Of a stretch of 63,760 nucleotides of DNA, positions 46,238-61,200 are shown piece by piece. Position numbers and translations under genes: made by a program. The stretch is taken from positions 1 to 63,760 of the forward strand of contig JAFGOT010000006.1 in NCBI GenBank assembly GCA_016926395.1. The letters are read 5' to 3'. The notes beneath the pieces were generated by a model. It saw only the letters and a program-made list of their open reading frames with translations, was not told where the DNA came from and ran no database searches. The number at the start of each line of letters is the position of its first letter. Position 1 is the stretch's first letter. Source of the stretch: Candidatus Woesearchaeota archaeon (GTDB lineage: Archaea; Nanobdellota; Nanobdellia; Woesearchaeales; SKGA01).

Positions 46238-49200
46238 GTGAGTGCTATATTAAAGAAGACAGTAATATATGCTGTTTTATTGACATTTATTATCTTATTC
46301 TCAGGTAGTTTGAACGCTCAAGTTCCAACAACAAATGATAATGTAAAATTATTCCTACCACAACTTTCAGAACGAAATCTAGATATTTCCGTAGCAACAG
46401 ACTATGCGGTTGATGAGGCGATTCGCGCCCCAATTGTTTTTGGGCAACCGGTCACGTGGCGGTTGCTCCTAACTGATGGAATTGATATCTTAAGCGTGGA
46501 TTATCAAACACCCCCCATCCGTCTGGAGCAAGCGCAGACAAACAATACTAGTTCTTTATGGGAACGTACGATAACCTTTCAAACCAACTTCTCTGATGTT
46601 TACAACAACATTCCTTTCAAAACAACAATTCCAAACTTAACAAACATTACTTTAAATCCTCCAATAGATTATATTTTAAGTGTCAATAATGGGATTGAGT
46701 TTAATGTTTCAGTTCTTAACAAAACACAAACAATTGTAATAAGAGGTTTATTTGACAACGTTACTGCAAATGTTAGCTATGAAGTTCCAAATACAACACC
46801 TATTCCTAATACTACTCCAATAGTTAATGATACTGATTTTAACATTTCAATTAATACATCTATCAATCAAACTGATGTTAATTCTTCTTCTATTCTCCCA
46901 CCACGAATAGAGAAACAAATTGCCACCACAAAGAAAGGTGATTTCGTATTCACTTCAAAAAAAGGAGTGATGCGAAATCTTCTTCTTTCCAATAAAAAGG
47001 TAAACTTTGATTTATTTACAGAAAATGAAACAGAAATTAATCTAACACTTCCAAACAAAATAAGTGATGGTGTTATTATTTATGTTTGGAAAGAAACTGA
47101 ATCTGGAAAAAAATTAATTAAGTCTACTCTTGGAAATGATAAAAGAACTTTACAATTTAATGCAAGTGAGAATGCAAGTTATGAGTTTATTATTCCTGAA
47201 TTTAATGTTGTAATAGATAAAAAACAAAATAATGAAACAAACATAACTGTTAATAATCGAAGTTTATCTTTAGAAGCAAGTGCTGATTTAACTTCTATTA
47301 ATGTTGTTGATCCAGAAAGCATTCCTAACTCTCCTTTAACAAATGATAATACTCCACACAAATTATTAAAATTTACTTTAGAAAATGTGATTGACAGTGC
47401 TGATATTATAATCAAATTAGATGAAGAAATAAAAGAGCCAGAATTACAAAAATACAATCCTAATACAGATACGTGGTATACTTTTCCTTATGAAAGAATT
47501 AATGCTAATACTTTGAAGATAACTATTATAGATGGTGGTTTTGGAGATGATGATGGGATTAAAAATGGAATTATAGAAGATGATTTAGGAATTACAGATA
47601 TATGGGTTAATGAAAGTTTTGCATGGAGAAGTGCATTTAATATAACAAACACTGCAGGTGTATTAACAGATTATCAAATACTAATAACGCTTGATGATAC
47701 TAATTTTAATTTTTCAAAAACACAAGAAGATTTAGATGATATTAGATTTACTTATTATAATCAAAGCAGCGATACTGAAACTGCTGTTGATTATTGGCTT
47801 GAAGATTCTGGATTAAATTATTCAACAGGAACACAAACTGCAAGAGTTTGGATTAAAGCACCATACTTGGCAAACAATGCAGATACAACTTTCTTTATTT
47901 ATTATGGAAATGATGTTGTATCAAGTGCTGCTGATGGAAGTGCTGTATTTGATTATTTTAATGATTTTGAAACAAGTGTTGGTTTTGACTCAGGACAACT
48001 TCTACCTTGGAGAGATGCTAATGCTGCAAAAACAGGAAGCTTTGGTATACAAGGATATGGTTCTGGAAGTTATGATCAAGCAACAATAAGTGGTTTTACT
48101 AGCGGTCAAGATGTTGTTTTAGAATCTTGGATACGAGCGCCAGATTATTCTAGATCTCCTGCGGTAAGTTTAGCAGCCTTAACATTTGGTCATCCTTCTG
48201 GTGGAACTGATCAAAATGGTTATCAAGCATATCTTGATGAAAGAGGACTTCCATATTTAGGTATTAGAGAAAATTATAACTCGGGTGGAGTTTTATCTTC
48301 TGCTGATTCTCCAGTTATTAGTTTTGATACTTGGTATTTCATCTCTTACATTTGGAAATCAAATAATGATTTGGTGTTTAAAATTTATGATGAAAACATG
48401 ACTTTATTGCAAACAGTAACTGCAAATGATAATTCTTATACTGATGGTGAATTTGGAATTGGTGTATACTATGATGGTCAATGGGATGACTTTAGACTAC
48501 GGCAATATGCAAATCCAGAGCCTAGTTTTACTTTTTTATCGGGAGAAGATTATGTTGGACTTCTAAATATGACTTTAGATAAACCAACAAATGGAGATGT
48601 TGGTTTACGAAACACTCCATTCACTATGAATGCAACACTTTGGTGTAGTCGAGGAGATGATTGTGGAAATGTTTCTGCTTATTATCAATATTATACTACA
48701 AGTTCGCCACTTTACACTTGGGAAGAAACAACTAATAGTGAGTTTAATGACGCTGTATATTTAACCAATGTTAGTGTTTCAAGTGATAGATTAACTTTAG
48801 CAGCACAAATAACTGGAAATCCTTGGTGGGAAACAGCTTGGACTTATAGACAATTAATAAATATAACAAATGTAACTTCAAATCAAACAGACACTCCTGT
48901 AAAAATAACTCTTAATAGTTCTATTGTTGGAAGTGACTTTGATTGGTCAACTGATAATGATTCAATAAGATTTGTTGAATATAATTTATCTGGAGGAAAT
49001 TTTATTGAACTTGATTATGCAATATTTTCGTGGGATGAAACTTCAGAAAACGCTCAAATATATGTTATTGTTCCACAAGTAAATTCTACTCAAGCAAAAG
49101 AGATTTACATGTATTATGGAAATCCAACAGCAACTTCTGGAAGTAATCCTGATTCTGTTTATTTATTCTATGATGAATTTAACGATGGCGATATTAGTGA

Positions 49201-52200
49201 TTGGACTGTAGAAGATGGATTTAGTGGATGGGCATTAGAAAATAATGACTATATTTATCAAACAACAACTTGGGCGCAATATTTAATGCTTGAACACCCG
49301 GGACTTAACTTAGCAAACATAACTTTAGAAACAAGAATAAATTTAACATCAAATCTTCCTGATTATTTTTCTGGTTTATTATTCAGATATCAAGATATTG
49401 ATAATACTTATGCAGTAATTTTAGATGATAGAGCTGATGACAGTCTTCATATACGAAGAAGATTTGGGGGAGCATGGGATACGGGGACTAATGAATACAC
49501 TTCAGTAAATATTGATACTGATGTATGGTCTGATTTGAAAGTTGAAGTTTGGGATGATTCAATAGGTGTTGATCATATTAAAGCATATTTTGATGGTTTA
49601 ACATTTGAAAATACTTACAATTTTTTCCCGAGTGGTTCAATTGGTTTAATACAATACGAATCTCAATCAAGATATGATTATGTTAGAGTAACTAAGTATA
49701 ATCCAAACAAATTAAATTTAACTTTTCAAGCAGAACAAAAGTTAACTGTATCTGCAAATGGGCAATATATTAGTGATGTTCGCGATTTTGGAACGCCAGA
49801 TATTTCTTACTCAACCCTTCACTGGACTGAAACAAAACCAGCAGGAACAAGTTTACAAGTTTATACTCGTTCTTCTCCTGGCCTTGCAGGAATGTGGTAT
49901 GACTCTAATTATCCTTATCAAATAAAACTTAATGTAACAAATACTGCAGAAGATGCATATGAATATCAAATATTTTTGAGTCATGATTTTTCATCAGAAT
50001 ATTCTGCTGGAAAAATTAATGTTGATTGTAGTGATGTTATGATAACATTCTTTAACACAACATCTCAATTACAAGAAGAAGTCTCTTTTTTCACAGACTA
50101 CTGTAATTTAACACAAGAAAGTGAGGCTGATTTTTGGGTTAAAATGCCTTACTTAAAAAATGATACAACAACAGACATTTATATTTATTATGGGAATGCA
50201 AGTAATCCTGATAAAAGTGATATAGATGCTACGTTTAGTTATTCAACTCCAAAAACAATAGGTTATATTGTAAGTAGCAAATTAGCAACTAACGGACTTA
50301 AAGTAATGAGTCTTGTTGATGATAACGAAGTTCACATTGGTTCTGATATTTATTATATGGATGAACTTGATGTTACTGATGATTCTTTTACTTCTCAAGA
50401 AGATGCAATCAAAGCAAAGGGTTTAGTTCAAGTTGCAGGACGAGGAATGAATGGAGATTCAATAGTTCCTATATCTTGGGCTGGAACAGAATTTTCTTAT
50501 GATGGAATGCGAGCTGCAACTGATTCTATATGTATGTTGGCTCCATTTAGAACTGCGAATGTAACAATATATGAAGGAGCAACTCAAAGATGGAACGGTC
50601 TTGTAACGTCTAGTGGTTATTGTTATGATTCAACTAATTTTGGAACTGGAAATGCTGTTGGAATAGTTTCAGATTATCCGATACTTGCTTTCCACGATGG
50701 AGGATTAGCAGCTAATGAGGATGCTTGGCCATTTTATCCAATGACTACTGAACCGCTTTATGGAGTAATTTCCAATCAGGCATTGATAGGTGCTAGTAGC
50801 ACTGGTTCAAATGTTGTTTGTTATAGAAGTGATGGTGGAAGTCAAAACCAAAATATTGCAGGTGTTTACAATGATGGTGCATGTAATACAGGAGCAGGTT
50901 CTCAAGGTTCAGGTGCTGCAGTAAAAATGGTGACTTCTACTGGAGGTATTGGAGGAATTCAACAAGCTGACAGTGACGGAACTGAATCTGTGACATTTGT
51001 ACCAAGAAAAGAAATGGGGACTAAATTTGGTTCTGGTCAAGATGCTCAATATATTTCAATTGCAACACCTCATGATGGAATAACTTGTACTCTTTATAAT
51101 TCTAGTGGAGTTCAAAGCAGTACAACTTCAACAACATCAAGTGCACAGGGAATTGCAAAAGCTTGTTTTGGATGTGGTGATAGTAATATAGAAGTTTATG
51201 CTCCTTGGAAAGTTGAGTGTGACTTGCCTGTAAAACCTTATTTTGAAAAAAACTTCAATAACGAAGAAACTGTAGCTCTTACTCATAAACAAATGAGGCA
51301 AATGATTTATCCAGAACCTGTAGTTGGAGCTGCTTCTACAGAACTAAATTATACAACAGTGAGTTTGGATCCAAGTACTTATTATGTGTGGTCGAACTGG
51401 TTCTTAGAAACAAAAGGATCAAACATTAATTCGCCTAGCGCTCAGTATTTACAATATAAAATAGATTTTACAACCACAAATAGTTCAAAAACACCAATTA
51501 TTGATGAAATACATTTTAACTATAATCTACTAAGTCTTGATTGGAAATTATTAAAATCGTCTGGAACTGATTTTACAACAACAAATCCTTATACTTGTTC
51601 TATTCTTAATAAAACAACAAACTGCACTGCAAGTAGAAGTGTAATACCAAAATCTATTGGGGAGTTCTCTTTACGAATGATTGCAAACGCAACAGATTCT
51701 CCAGTTAGTGCAACTTCAGATACTAGAAATATTACTATTAATTTTCAACCAGTACTGTCTTCATTTACTTTATCAAAAACGCTTTTAACTCCAGGAGATG
51801 CTTTAACTTTAAGTGTTTTATTGCTTGATGATTTATCTTCTCCAATGAAAGGATACAATTTGACATTTTATGATGAGACAGGAAATGGAACAAGACAACT
51901 GCTAGGTTATGGGGTTACTGATGCATCTGGATATACGTCTATTCAAACAATAATATCGGATGATGCACTATATCAATTACACACTTATAATGTTAGTTTG
52001 GCTGCAGATACTAATGCTTATCGTTTATATGAGGATGCTACAAAAACAGCTAGAGTTTCTTCTTTACCACAAATAACTGATGTATACACCAATCCACACG
52101 ACATTGGTTATGGACAAAATATAACTATATATGCAAATGTTACAGATGTTGTTGGACTTGATACAGTAATATTAAATATTACAAACCAAAGTAGTCAGAC

Positions 52201-55200
52201 TTTATCTGTTGCGATGACTCCAAACGGAGATCAATATAGTTATACTTTTAGTAATCCTTGGGTTCTTCAAGATTATACTTACAAAATAATTGCAACAAAC
52301 GATGATGGGGTTGTAGTTATTGATGATGATAATTCTTTTTCATTAAAAGTAGAAGCAGAATTTGATTTATTAACAAATAAAACTGATTACAAAAATGAAG
52401 AAACAGTGGGACTTCTTTCTACAGGAAATTCTTGGACTCTTTTCCCTGGTTGGAAACTTAGAATGCCAATTAACATAAGTGCGGATGTTGCATCAACTGA
52501 TTATCAAGTAAATATTCTTTTAGATTCTGACAATTTTAGATTTGCACAAAGTAATAATGGTGATGATATACGATTTTCATACTATAACACAACAAGCGGA
52601 ACAGAAGTAGAAATTCCTTTCTGGATAGATGTTTTTAATGCAACTTCTGAAACTGCAAGTATATGGGTAAAGCTTCCAGTGTTAAACGATACAGTATCTA
52701 ATTTAATTTATTTATATTATGGTAACGATGCTGCAACGCCTGCAAGTAATGGAACTGAGACATTTATTTATTTTAATGACATGGAAGGAACATTTACTTG
52801 GACTGATTATGGAAGTGGGGATATTAGACAAAGAAATTCTAGAGCTTACAAAGGAACATACTCTGCTCACAAAGAAACTAACAATGATCCAAACGGAGGA
52901 TATGATAATGTTGGTGTCACTTTTGGACGAGACGTAATTATGGAATTTTGGATTAACAGAAATGCTGCTTATAGTGGTGGGGCTTATGATCGATTAGGAT
53001 TTATAGATAACTCTGGAAATGGTTATGGTTGGGCATTTGATCATGGAGGAGATAGAATATTAGCAGATGTAAGAAATGGTTATAATGCAGCGACCCTTCC
53101 AGCAGTGGCTGCAACAGATGTTATGGATGACTGGGTATTTGGTCAATTTGTAGTAAAAAGTAATGGGGTTGTAGAAGCATATAGATATGTTGATGGAGCA
53201 CTATCAGGTAACATGTTCACAACAGACTCAACACACTCAAGTTTTACTAGAGTATACATTTTTGGAGGAAATGATTATTGGGTTGATGATATTCGAATTA
53301 GAAAATTTGTAAATACCGCTCTTTCAACAACTTATGGTGAAACAGAAGACGATGCTAAAGGTCTTAAAAACTTAGAAGATACTGAGTTTACTGGACAATT
53401 ATACATGAGAGTTCAAAAATGGACTGGAACTGTTTGGCAAAACATTATTCCTCCAGTGATGTCTGATGTTACAAAAGTAATTTCTAATTATGATATTGAA
53501 GATTTGGCAGATGATTGGAGTGTTTATGGAAATTGGGCAACATCAACAAGAACTCCTGGAACTTATAGAGTATATGCCGAACTAAAAAATCCAAACACTG
53601 GTTCTATATTGATGACAACAAGTGGAAAACAATTAGTGGGTTCATATAATTTTACTATTATTCCTGCAATAATTTCTCTAACTAATCTAACTTATGAAAA
53701 TGATTACGAACATTCTCTTCAAGAATATGAAACGACAGATGTTATTGATTGGATAAACGCAACAGTTCAAGTGACTGAAAACAAAGCTTACAATGCTGTT
53801 GTAAATCTGTCTTTACTTGACTCAAGCAAACAACCAGTTGGTTTTGGTCCGCAAGAAGAACAACAAAGTTGTGGAACAATGATTGAAAATGCAATTTGTC
53901 AAAAACAGTGGTCAAATAGTACTAATGGATATGTGATCCCTGCTAATGCGAGTTCTGGAAATTACGATTTTTACTGGGAGATAGAAGCAGATACTGATAA
54001 TGGTCCTGTGATGACAAATCAATCTTACTCTTTTGTAATTCATGATATTCCTTCAACAATTACTACTTCTGTTGATCCTTTAAGAATTGAAAAACCAAAC
54101 CAAACTGAATATAACTTTACATTTCAAAATCTTTGGTCAACAAATATTAATAATGTAGAAATAAGAATAAATTGTCCTGCTGTATCTGGATTTGTTTGTC
54201 AAAATGTAACTTCACAATCTCTGGCGACTCTTGGAAGTTCTGGAAATTTTACTGTTAGTTATGTTGTATTAGCAAATGAAAGTGTTGCTTCTGATGATTA
54301 TAATTTAACTGTTGATTTAAACTATACTAATCCTGCTGGGGAAGTTAAATCTTGGAATAGTGTTGGACAGGACATTGTAGAAGTTAGACAGTCAGGAATT
54401 ATTAGAATTACTGATTACTCTCATCCAGTTACTGTTACAAGAAATTACCAAGGAGTATTAAGTGTTTATGGTAATAATACAGGTGATACTGTTGCTAGTG
54501 ATGTATGGGTTAATTATACTTTACCAACTGGATGGACTGTTGCTGTTGGTAATAAGAACCAATATTCTGCAAGTTTAGCAATAAATGGTCTTCTTTGGAA
54601 TAATATTACTGCTAACATTGGAAGTGGTGCAAGTTTAGGTCTTAAAACAATAAGAATAGATACTGGGGCAAGTGATGGCAGAGCAGACTTTAAAACATAC
54701 CAATTAACTGTTTATGCTAATTCCTCATTAACACCAACAACTAATCAAAGTACTGTTGATAGAGGAGATGCTATACTTTTACGAGCAGTATTAAAATATG
54801 ATAATGGTGCTTTTGTAACTGGTCAAAATGTAACTTTCTATGATGGAGCTAACTATCTAGGTTGGGATTTAACTGATGCTAATGGTTTAGCAGAGTTTGA
54901 ATATTTAATTAATGAGTCTCATACGCTGGGCATTCATACAATAACAACTAATTATTCTGGATCAACAAGTTTATACTTAAGACCAACAAGCAACACGACT
55001 GATTTTATAGTAAAACTAAAACCACAAATAAGTAACTTTGTAGTAACTCCAAACGAAACAGGATATGGTCAAAATATAACTATACAAGCAACAGTTGTTG
55101 ATGCAGACGGAGATAACATTGATAATGTCAGTGCTTATGTTACTTATCCTGATATGTCTATAATAAGGTATGATTTAACGAATATTCCTCCAGATGATTA

Positions 55201-58200
55201 TGGAATAAAATTTAATAATACTTGGCAAACAGGAATTTTTAGCGTTTATGTAGAAACATATGATGATTTTGGATCCAAAAGTACAACCGAGATAAAGAAT
55301 TTTACAATTAAAGCGCCATTAAGTTTAGGCGTGCAAACAGAAAATAATTTTTATGGTCAAAATGAATATGTAAATTTAACAACTGCTGATGCTAATTTTT
55401 GGTGGAATACAAGTTGGCCATATAGGGTAGAGTATAATATCTCAAATACTTATGGAGATTTAACTGAATACCAAGTATTTGTCGATGAGGATCTAAGTAG
55501 CGAGTATTTGGATGGATTTGTAAACGCTGATTGTAGTAATGTTAGATTCACATATTATAATTCCACAACCGGCGAAGAAATTTTAATCCCTTATTATGTT
55601 GAAAAATGTGATTTGGAAAATGAAAACAACGCAACATTCTGGGTAAAAATACCTTACTTGGCAAACTCAACAAATACAACATTCTCTTTGTACTATGGTT
55701 ATGATACTACAACAAGTGAGAGTGATATGGTTGAAACTTTTACTTATTCTTCAGAAAAAACCATCGGATATGTTGTTAGTCACACATCTGTATCGAATGG
55801 ATTGACGTTAGTTAGTCTTGAAGATGGAAACTCTATTACAATAAATGACTCCTCTTATTCATTAAATGCTTTTGGAACTGGAACAAAAGGAACAAACTTT
55901 AATTTAGGAACTTCGATTCAAGCAAAGAAACTTGTTCAAGTCGAAGGAGCAGGAGATTATGATGATATGATTGTTCCAGTATCTTTTGCAGGAACTGATT
56001 TCTCTTTTGATGGAAGTACGAGCAATAATGATCGATTTTGTATGGTGAGTCCTTGGGGAACAGCGACTGTACAAGTGCTAGAAGGAAACACTTTACGTTC
56101 AACACAATTTGTTGATGCATCGGGTACTTGTTATACATATAACATGGGAACAACACTTCCTTCAAGATTACTATCTGATATTCCTATTTTGGCATTTCAT
56201 ACAGGTGGAACAAATAATCGTGATTCTTTCGTATTTTATCCTGCAACAAAAGAAGATTTGTTTGGTATAAGATCTAACAATGTTTATGTAGGTTCAGCTT
56301 CTTCAAGTGCTGGTATAGTAAACTTTTATGGTAGTGATGGAAACAGTGCTGTGTGGAATGCAATAAATGCTTATGATGATCAAGTTTGTCCAGCAACAAT
56401 AACTAACGGAGGAGATGGTTCTGGCTCTGCTGTTAGAGTAACAACAAATGTTCCAATAGGAGTTCTTAACTATAATGATGGAGATGGAATAGAATATGTT
56501 ACTTTCTTGCCTGAAAAAGAAATGGGCATGGTTTATGGTTCTTCAGAAAGTACAGAATATATTGCGATAGCGACTCCAAACAAAGGAACAAATTGTACAG
56601 TCTATACTTCTTCAACCACTGTTGGAAGTACAACAGTTTCAGGAAGCGATCCTAACAAACTTTATAAGGGTTGTTTTGGATGTGGAAATGATAATCAATA
56701 CGTTGCAGGTCCATGGAAGATGGTTTGTGATGCTCCTGTATATGCATATTATGAAGAAGATGTTTATGGTGATGAAACAAACTTATTTGGTCATAAACAG
56801 ATGAGACAATTTGTTTATCCAACACCACAAATTGAATCAGGAATTAATCAACAGTTAGGTTCTCAAATATATTCCAAAGATGTAAATTCTTCAGGATTAC
56901 TAATTTTAACTGTTGAAAATAATAATACTGGATCTTGGAAATTAATTTCAACTATTGTAAATGATTCATTAACAAATAATTTTAGATCAATCGACTCAAC
57001 AAATGGTTTAGATATTTCTGCGATATGGAATCCTATTTCTTGGTTTACAGGTTTAGAAGATTCTGGTACTTACAAAGTTAGAGCAAGATTAGTAGATCCT
57101 TCTGGAAACATTTTGAAAAATGATTTAGGTGAAAATTTAGATACTTCTTGGATTTTTGAAATATCTCAACCAGACTTACAATTAAACATTCAAGAAGTAA
57201 GAGTTTATGATGTAACAAATAGTCCTGAAGCAAACTGGCATTTTTACACTAATGACTATATAGACGGTGGACTTGGAAAAACGTATACTTTAGAAAAAAA
57301 CAGCATATATAGAATTGAAGTTGATGTAAAAAATACTGGAAGCGATCCTTGGACATTAAATGATACGCAATTAACATATGGCGGATATAATTCTTCTTGG
57401 CCAGTAAATCCAACCAGTCACATATTTTATTCTACTCAATTAACAATTGCGAATAGACGAACTGACACAACAAAAATTGGAGGAACATTTTCAGATGGAA
57501 AAATAGATTGGAATATAAGTTCTTTAGGTGGAACCGTTTCTCCAGCAAATACTGCAACATTCTTCCTTATAATAAATACTTCAAACGAAGAAGATAGATC
57601 GATTAATTTCACTGTTAATCATACTACTTTTGTAAAAAGTGATATTTCAGATTTACATGTTATTGTAATAACTATAAATCCTCCTCAATTAAATAATAAT
57701 GTTTACAATGTAACCCCTATATCTATTTTTAGAGGAAATTCATTTAAGATTTATGCTCAGTGGGATAAATCAATTGGAGAGTCAAATTTTACATACACAA
57801 CAACATCTCCTTTTACATCATTAACCCAAACTAACAGCTCTCCTCAAAATTCTGGAAATTGGACTAATTATACAGTTAATACTTATTCTAATTGGTTCTT
57901 AGGAGAGCACGAAGTTAGAATTGATGTGGCTGATGAAAGTTCGAATGTGAATGATACTCTTCCAAGCTTAAATGTTACTGTCTGGGGTCTAGCACAATTG
58001 GAAAGTATTTCTCTTAATGATTCTTCAATAAGTGTTGGAGATTCAGTAAATATTACTTGTAGAGTTGTTGACGACACAACAGGAGATAATCCTATTGCTG
58101 GATATACTGTAACATTCAAAAATAGTACTAATACTATTGGAACTGCATTAACAAATTCAAATGGTTATGCAAGTTATATTTATACAGATAATACTGCAGG

Positions 58201-61200
58201 ACCTGAAACTATTAGTTGTGAAATAAGTGAAAATCTAACGAGTTACTATAAAACAGATTCAAGTAATAAAACAAGCACTTCTCTTTCAACAATTGAATTA
58301 GTGCCTCCAACTTATAATGGACTTGGAGGACCAAGTGTTGCTCATAAAGGGGATAATCTTTTATTATATTCTCAATGGCAAGATAATTTTGGATTATCAA
58401 ACGCAACACTTTATACAAATGCAACAGGAAGTTTTGCAATTCGAAATGTGAAATCCTTAACAAGTATTATTGATTGGGCTAATTTTACATATCAAATACC
58501 AACAACAATGACTCCTGGAGTTCTTGCTTGGTATCAAGTTGGAAGAGATACTTCTAATAATCCAAATGCAACATCTACTCAAATGATAACAATTTGGGGT
58601 TGGTCTAAAATACAATCTTCAAATTTGAATCCTGCAAGTGTTCAAGAAAACAATCCAACAACTATGAGTTGTTTAGTTCAGGATGCAAATAGTAGTGTCG
58701 CAATACAAAATTATAATGTTACTTTTGAATACAAAAATGAATCTGATTCAGCATATACTTTAATTGGTTATAATTTGACGGGCGCATCTGGTTATGCAAA
58801 TTATACTTTTTCAATTCCAAATGCAAGTACTTATGATATAAGATGTACTATAACTGATGATTCAATATTACAATACAATGACAGTAATCAAAACAAAAGT
58901 GTCGAATCGTTAAATGTTGTATCAAGTGCAGATGTATTTCCTCCAGTAATAATTGGTGGAAATTATGGTATTAATGATACGACTCTTGATAGGGGCGATT
59001 GTTTCTTAATATATGGAGAATGGAATGAATCTATTGGTGATTCTTGGATAATTTATAATCGAACACCAACTAATACTACGAGAGTAAATATAACTTCGCC
59101 TTATACAGCAAACTGGACAAATATAAGTGTATGTACAAACAATACTTGGTTACCTGGATTGTATACTGTTAAATTGTATTCAGAAGACTTAGAGGGTAAC
59201 TTAAACGATTCTTTATCTTTGATAACTTTTAGTATTACTAGTAGATCAAACATTACTTGGAATTATCCTCCTGCGGGCTCTACTCAAAGTAGATCTGATT
59301 TGGATGTTATTTGTTATGTTCAAGATCATGATACTGGTTCTCCAATAGCAAATTATCCAGTCACATTTTATGATGGTGATTCAGGTTTAGAAATTGGATC
59401 AACAACAACAAATTTAACTGGTTATGCAAAAATAACTGAAGATTATTCGGGAGCAATAGTGGGGCCTGATGAAATATTCTGTACTATAGCTAACTGGAAT
59501 GGTTACACTGCAATGTCTCCAACTTTAATATCTGAAACAATATACTTTAAAGGAGAATTAAATACGACAATATCAAATCCGACAACTTCACAAATACTTC
59601 ATAAAGGAGTGAGTGAAACGCTAACAACAACAACTAAAGATGAGCATGGAAATACTCCAAGGGACCAAAACAATAATATTGCAATACTTGAAGTTAATTG
59701 GACTAATAGTTCTAATGCAATTCTTGCAACTGGAGCATCAACAACATGGACTGTACCAAACAATTATGTTTTAGGACCAATGATTTTAGATGTTAACGTA
59801 AGTGAACCATATTATATTTCATCACAAGATTCAGTTTTAGTGAATGTTTATGGTTATTCGAGAGTTTATTTAGTAAGCCCTCAACCACAAACATTGGGTG
59901 CAGGTCAAACATTCACTATGAATTGTTCAGTAAATGATTCTATTCTTGGAACCCATTTAAGTAATTATGAAGTTAAATTTTATGATAATCTAACTGAAAT
60001 AGGATCAGGGCAGATGACTAATTCAAATGGATTTGCAAGCTATACTTTTAACACTAATTCTTTCGCTGATGGAAATCATCTATTTAGATGTGTGATTTCT
60101 GATAATAACACTCAATATTATACTGCTTATGGAAGTGGAGATGCAACTGTACCAATAACAATTGATAAATCAACACCTGGAATTAGTTATCATGCTACTG
60201 CTGATAAAAACGGAACTTATGGTCGAAATTGGGCTTATATACGAGTAACAATAAATGAACCTAACCCAGATACTTTACTATTAAATTGGAATGGATCTTT
60301 TGAACCAATAACATTACATTCAGGTAATGATTGGTGGATAAATAAAACAGGACTTCTTGATGGGGAATATCAATTCTATGTTTGGATAAATGATACTGCA
60401 GATAATTCAAATCAAACTTCTCTTAGAAAAGTAGTTGTTGATTTAGTAAATCCTATAATTAATGTTATTAGTCCATCAAATAATAGTTTTCATAATAGTA
60501 CAACTGTTAATGTCAACTTTAATTTAAATGAACTACATCCTGACTCTTGTTGGTATACTATAAATGGTGGCGTCACAAATACAAGTCTTCCAAGTTGTAA
60601 TAATGGTTCTTTAACAACGCCAGGTGCGGGAGATTTTATGTTCACTATTTACGCAAATGATACAGCAGGTAATTTGGGATTAAAAACAACAAACTTTAAT
60701 GTGGACTTGGTTGCTCCGACAATTAGTTTATCTTCACCAATTAATACTTCAACATATAATACTGGAAATGAAGTAGATCTAAACTTCAGTGTTGCTGACA
60801 ATGAAAATATTGGTAGTTGTTGGTACAAAATAGGAAGCAACCCGATTGTTAGCGTTCCAAGTTGTTTGAATACAACGATAACTGGACTAACAAATGATAA
60901 TCACACTTTAACTTTGTATGTAAATGATAGTGCAGGAAATATTAATAGTACAACAATTTGGTTTATAGTTGATTTAAATACAATTGTTCCAATTGCAGTT
61001 TTACCTTTAAATAACACTTATTTTAATTATGCGAATATTCAAACTAACGTAACAACGAACATTAACGCAACTGCATGTAACTATACTATTGATGATACTA
61101 CGACTGTTGCAATGACTAACTTTACAAATCTTGATTGGAGTTCCATAACTTATGCTCTTCCAGAAGGATATCGAAACATAAGTTTCCAATGTTCAAATGG

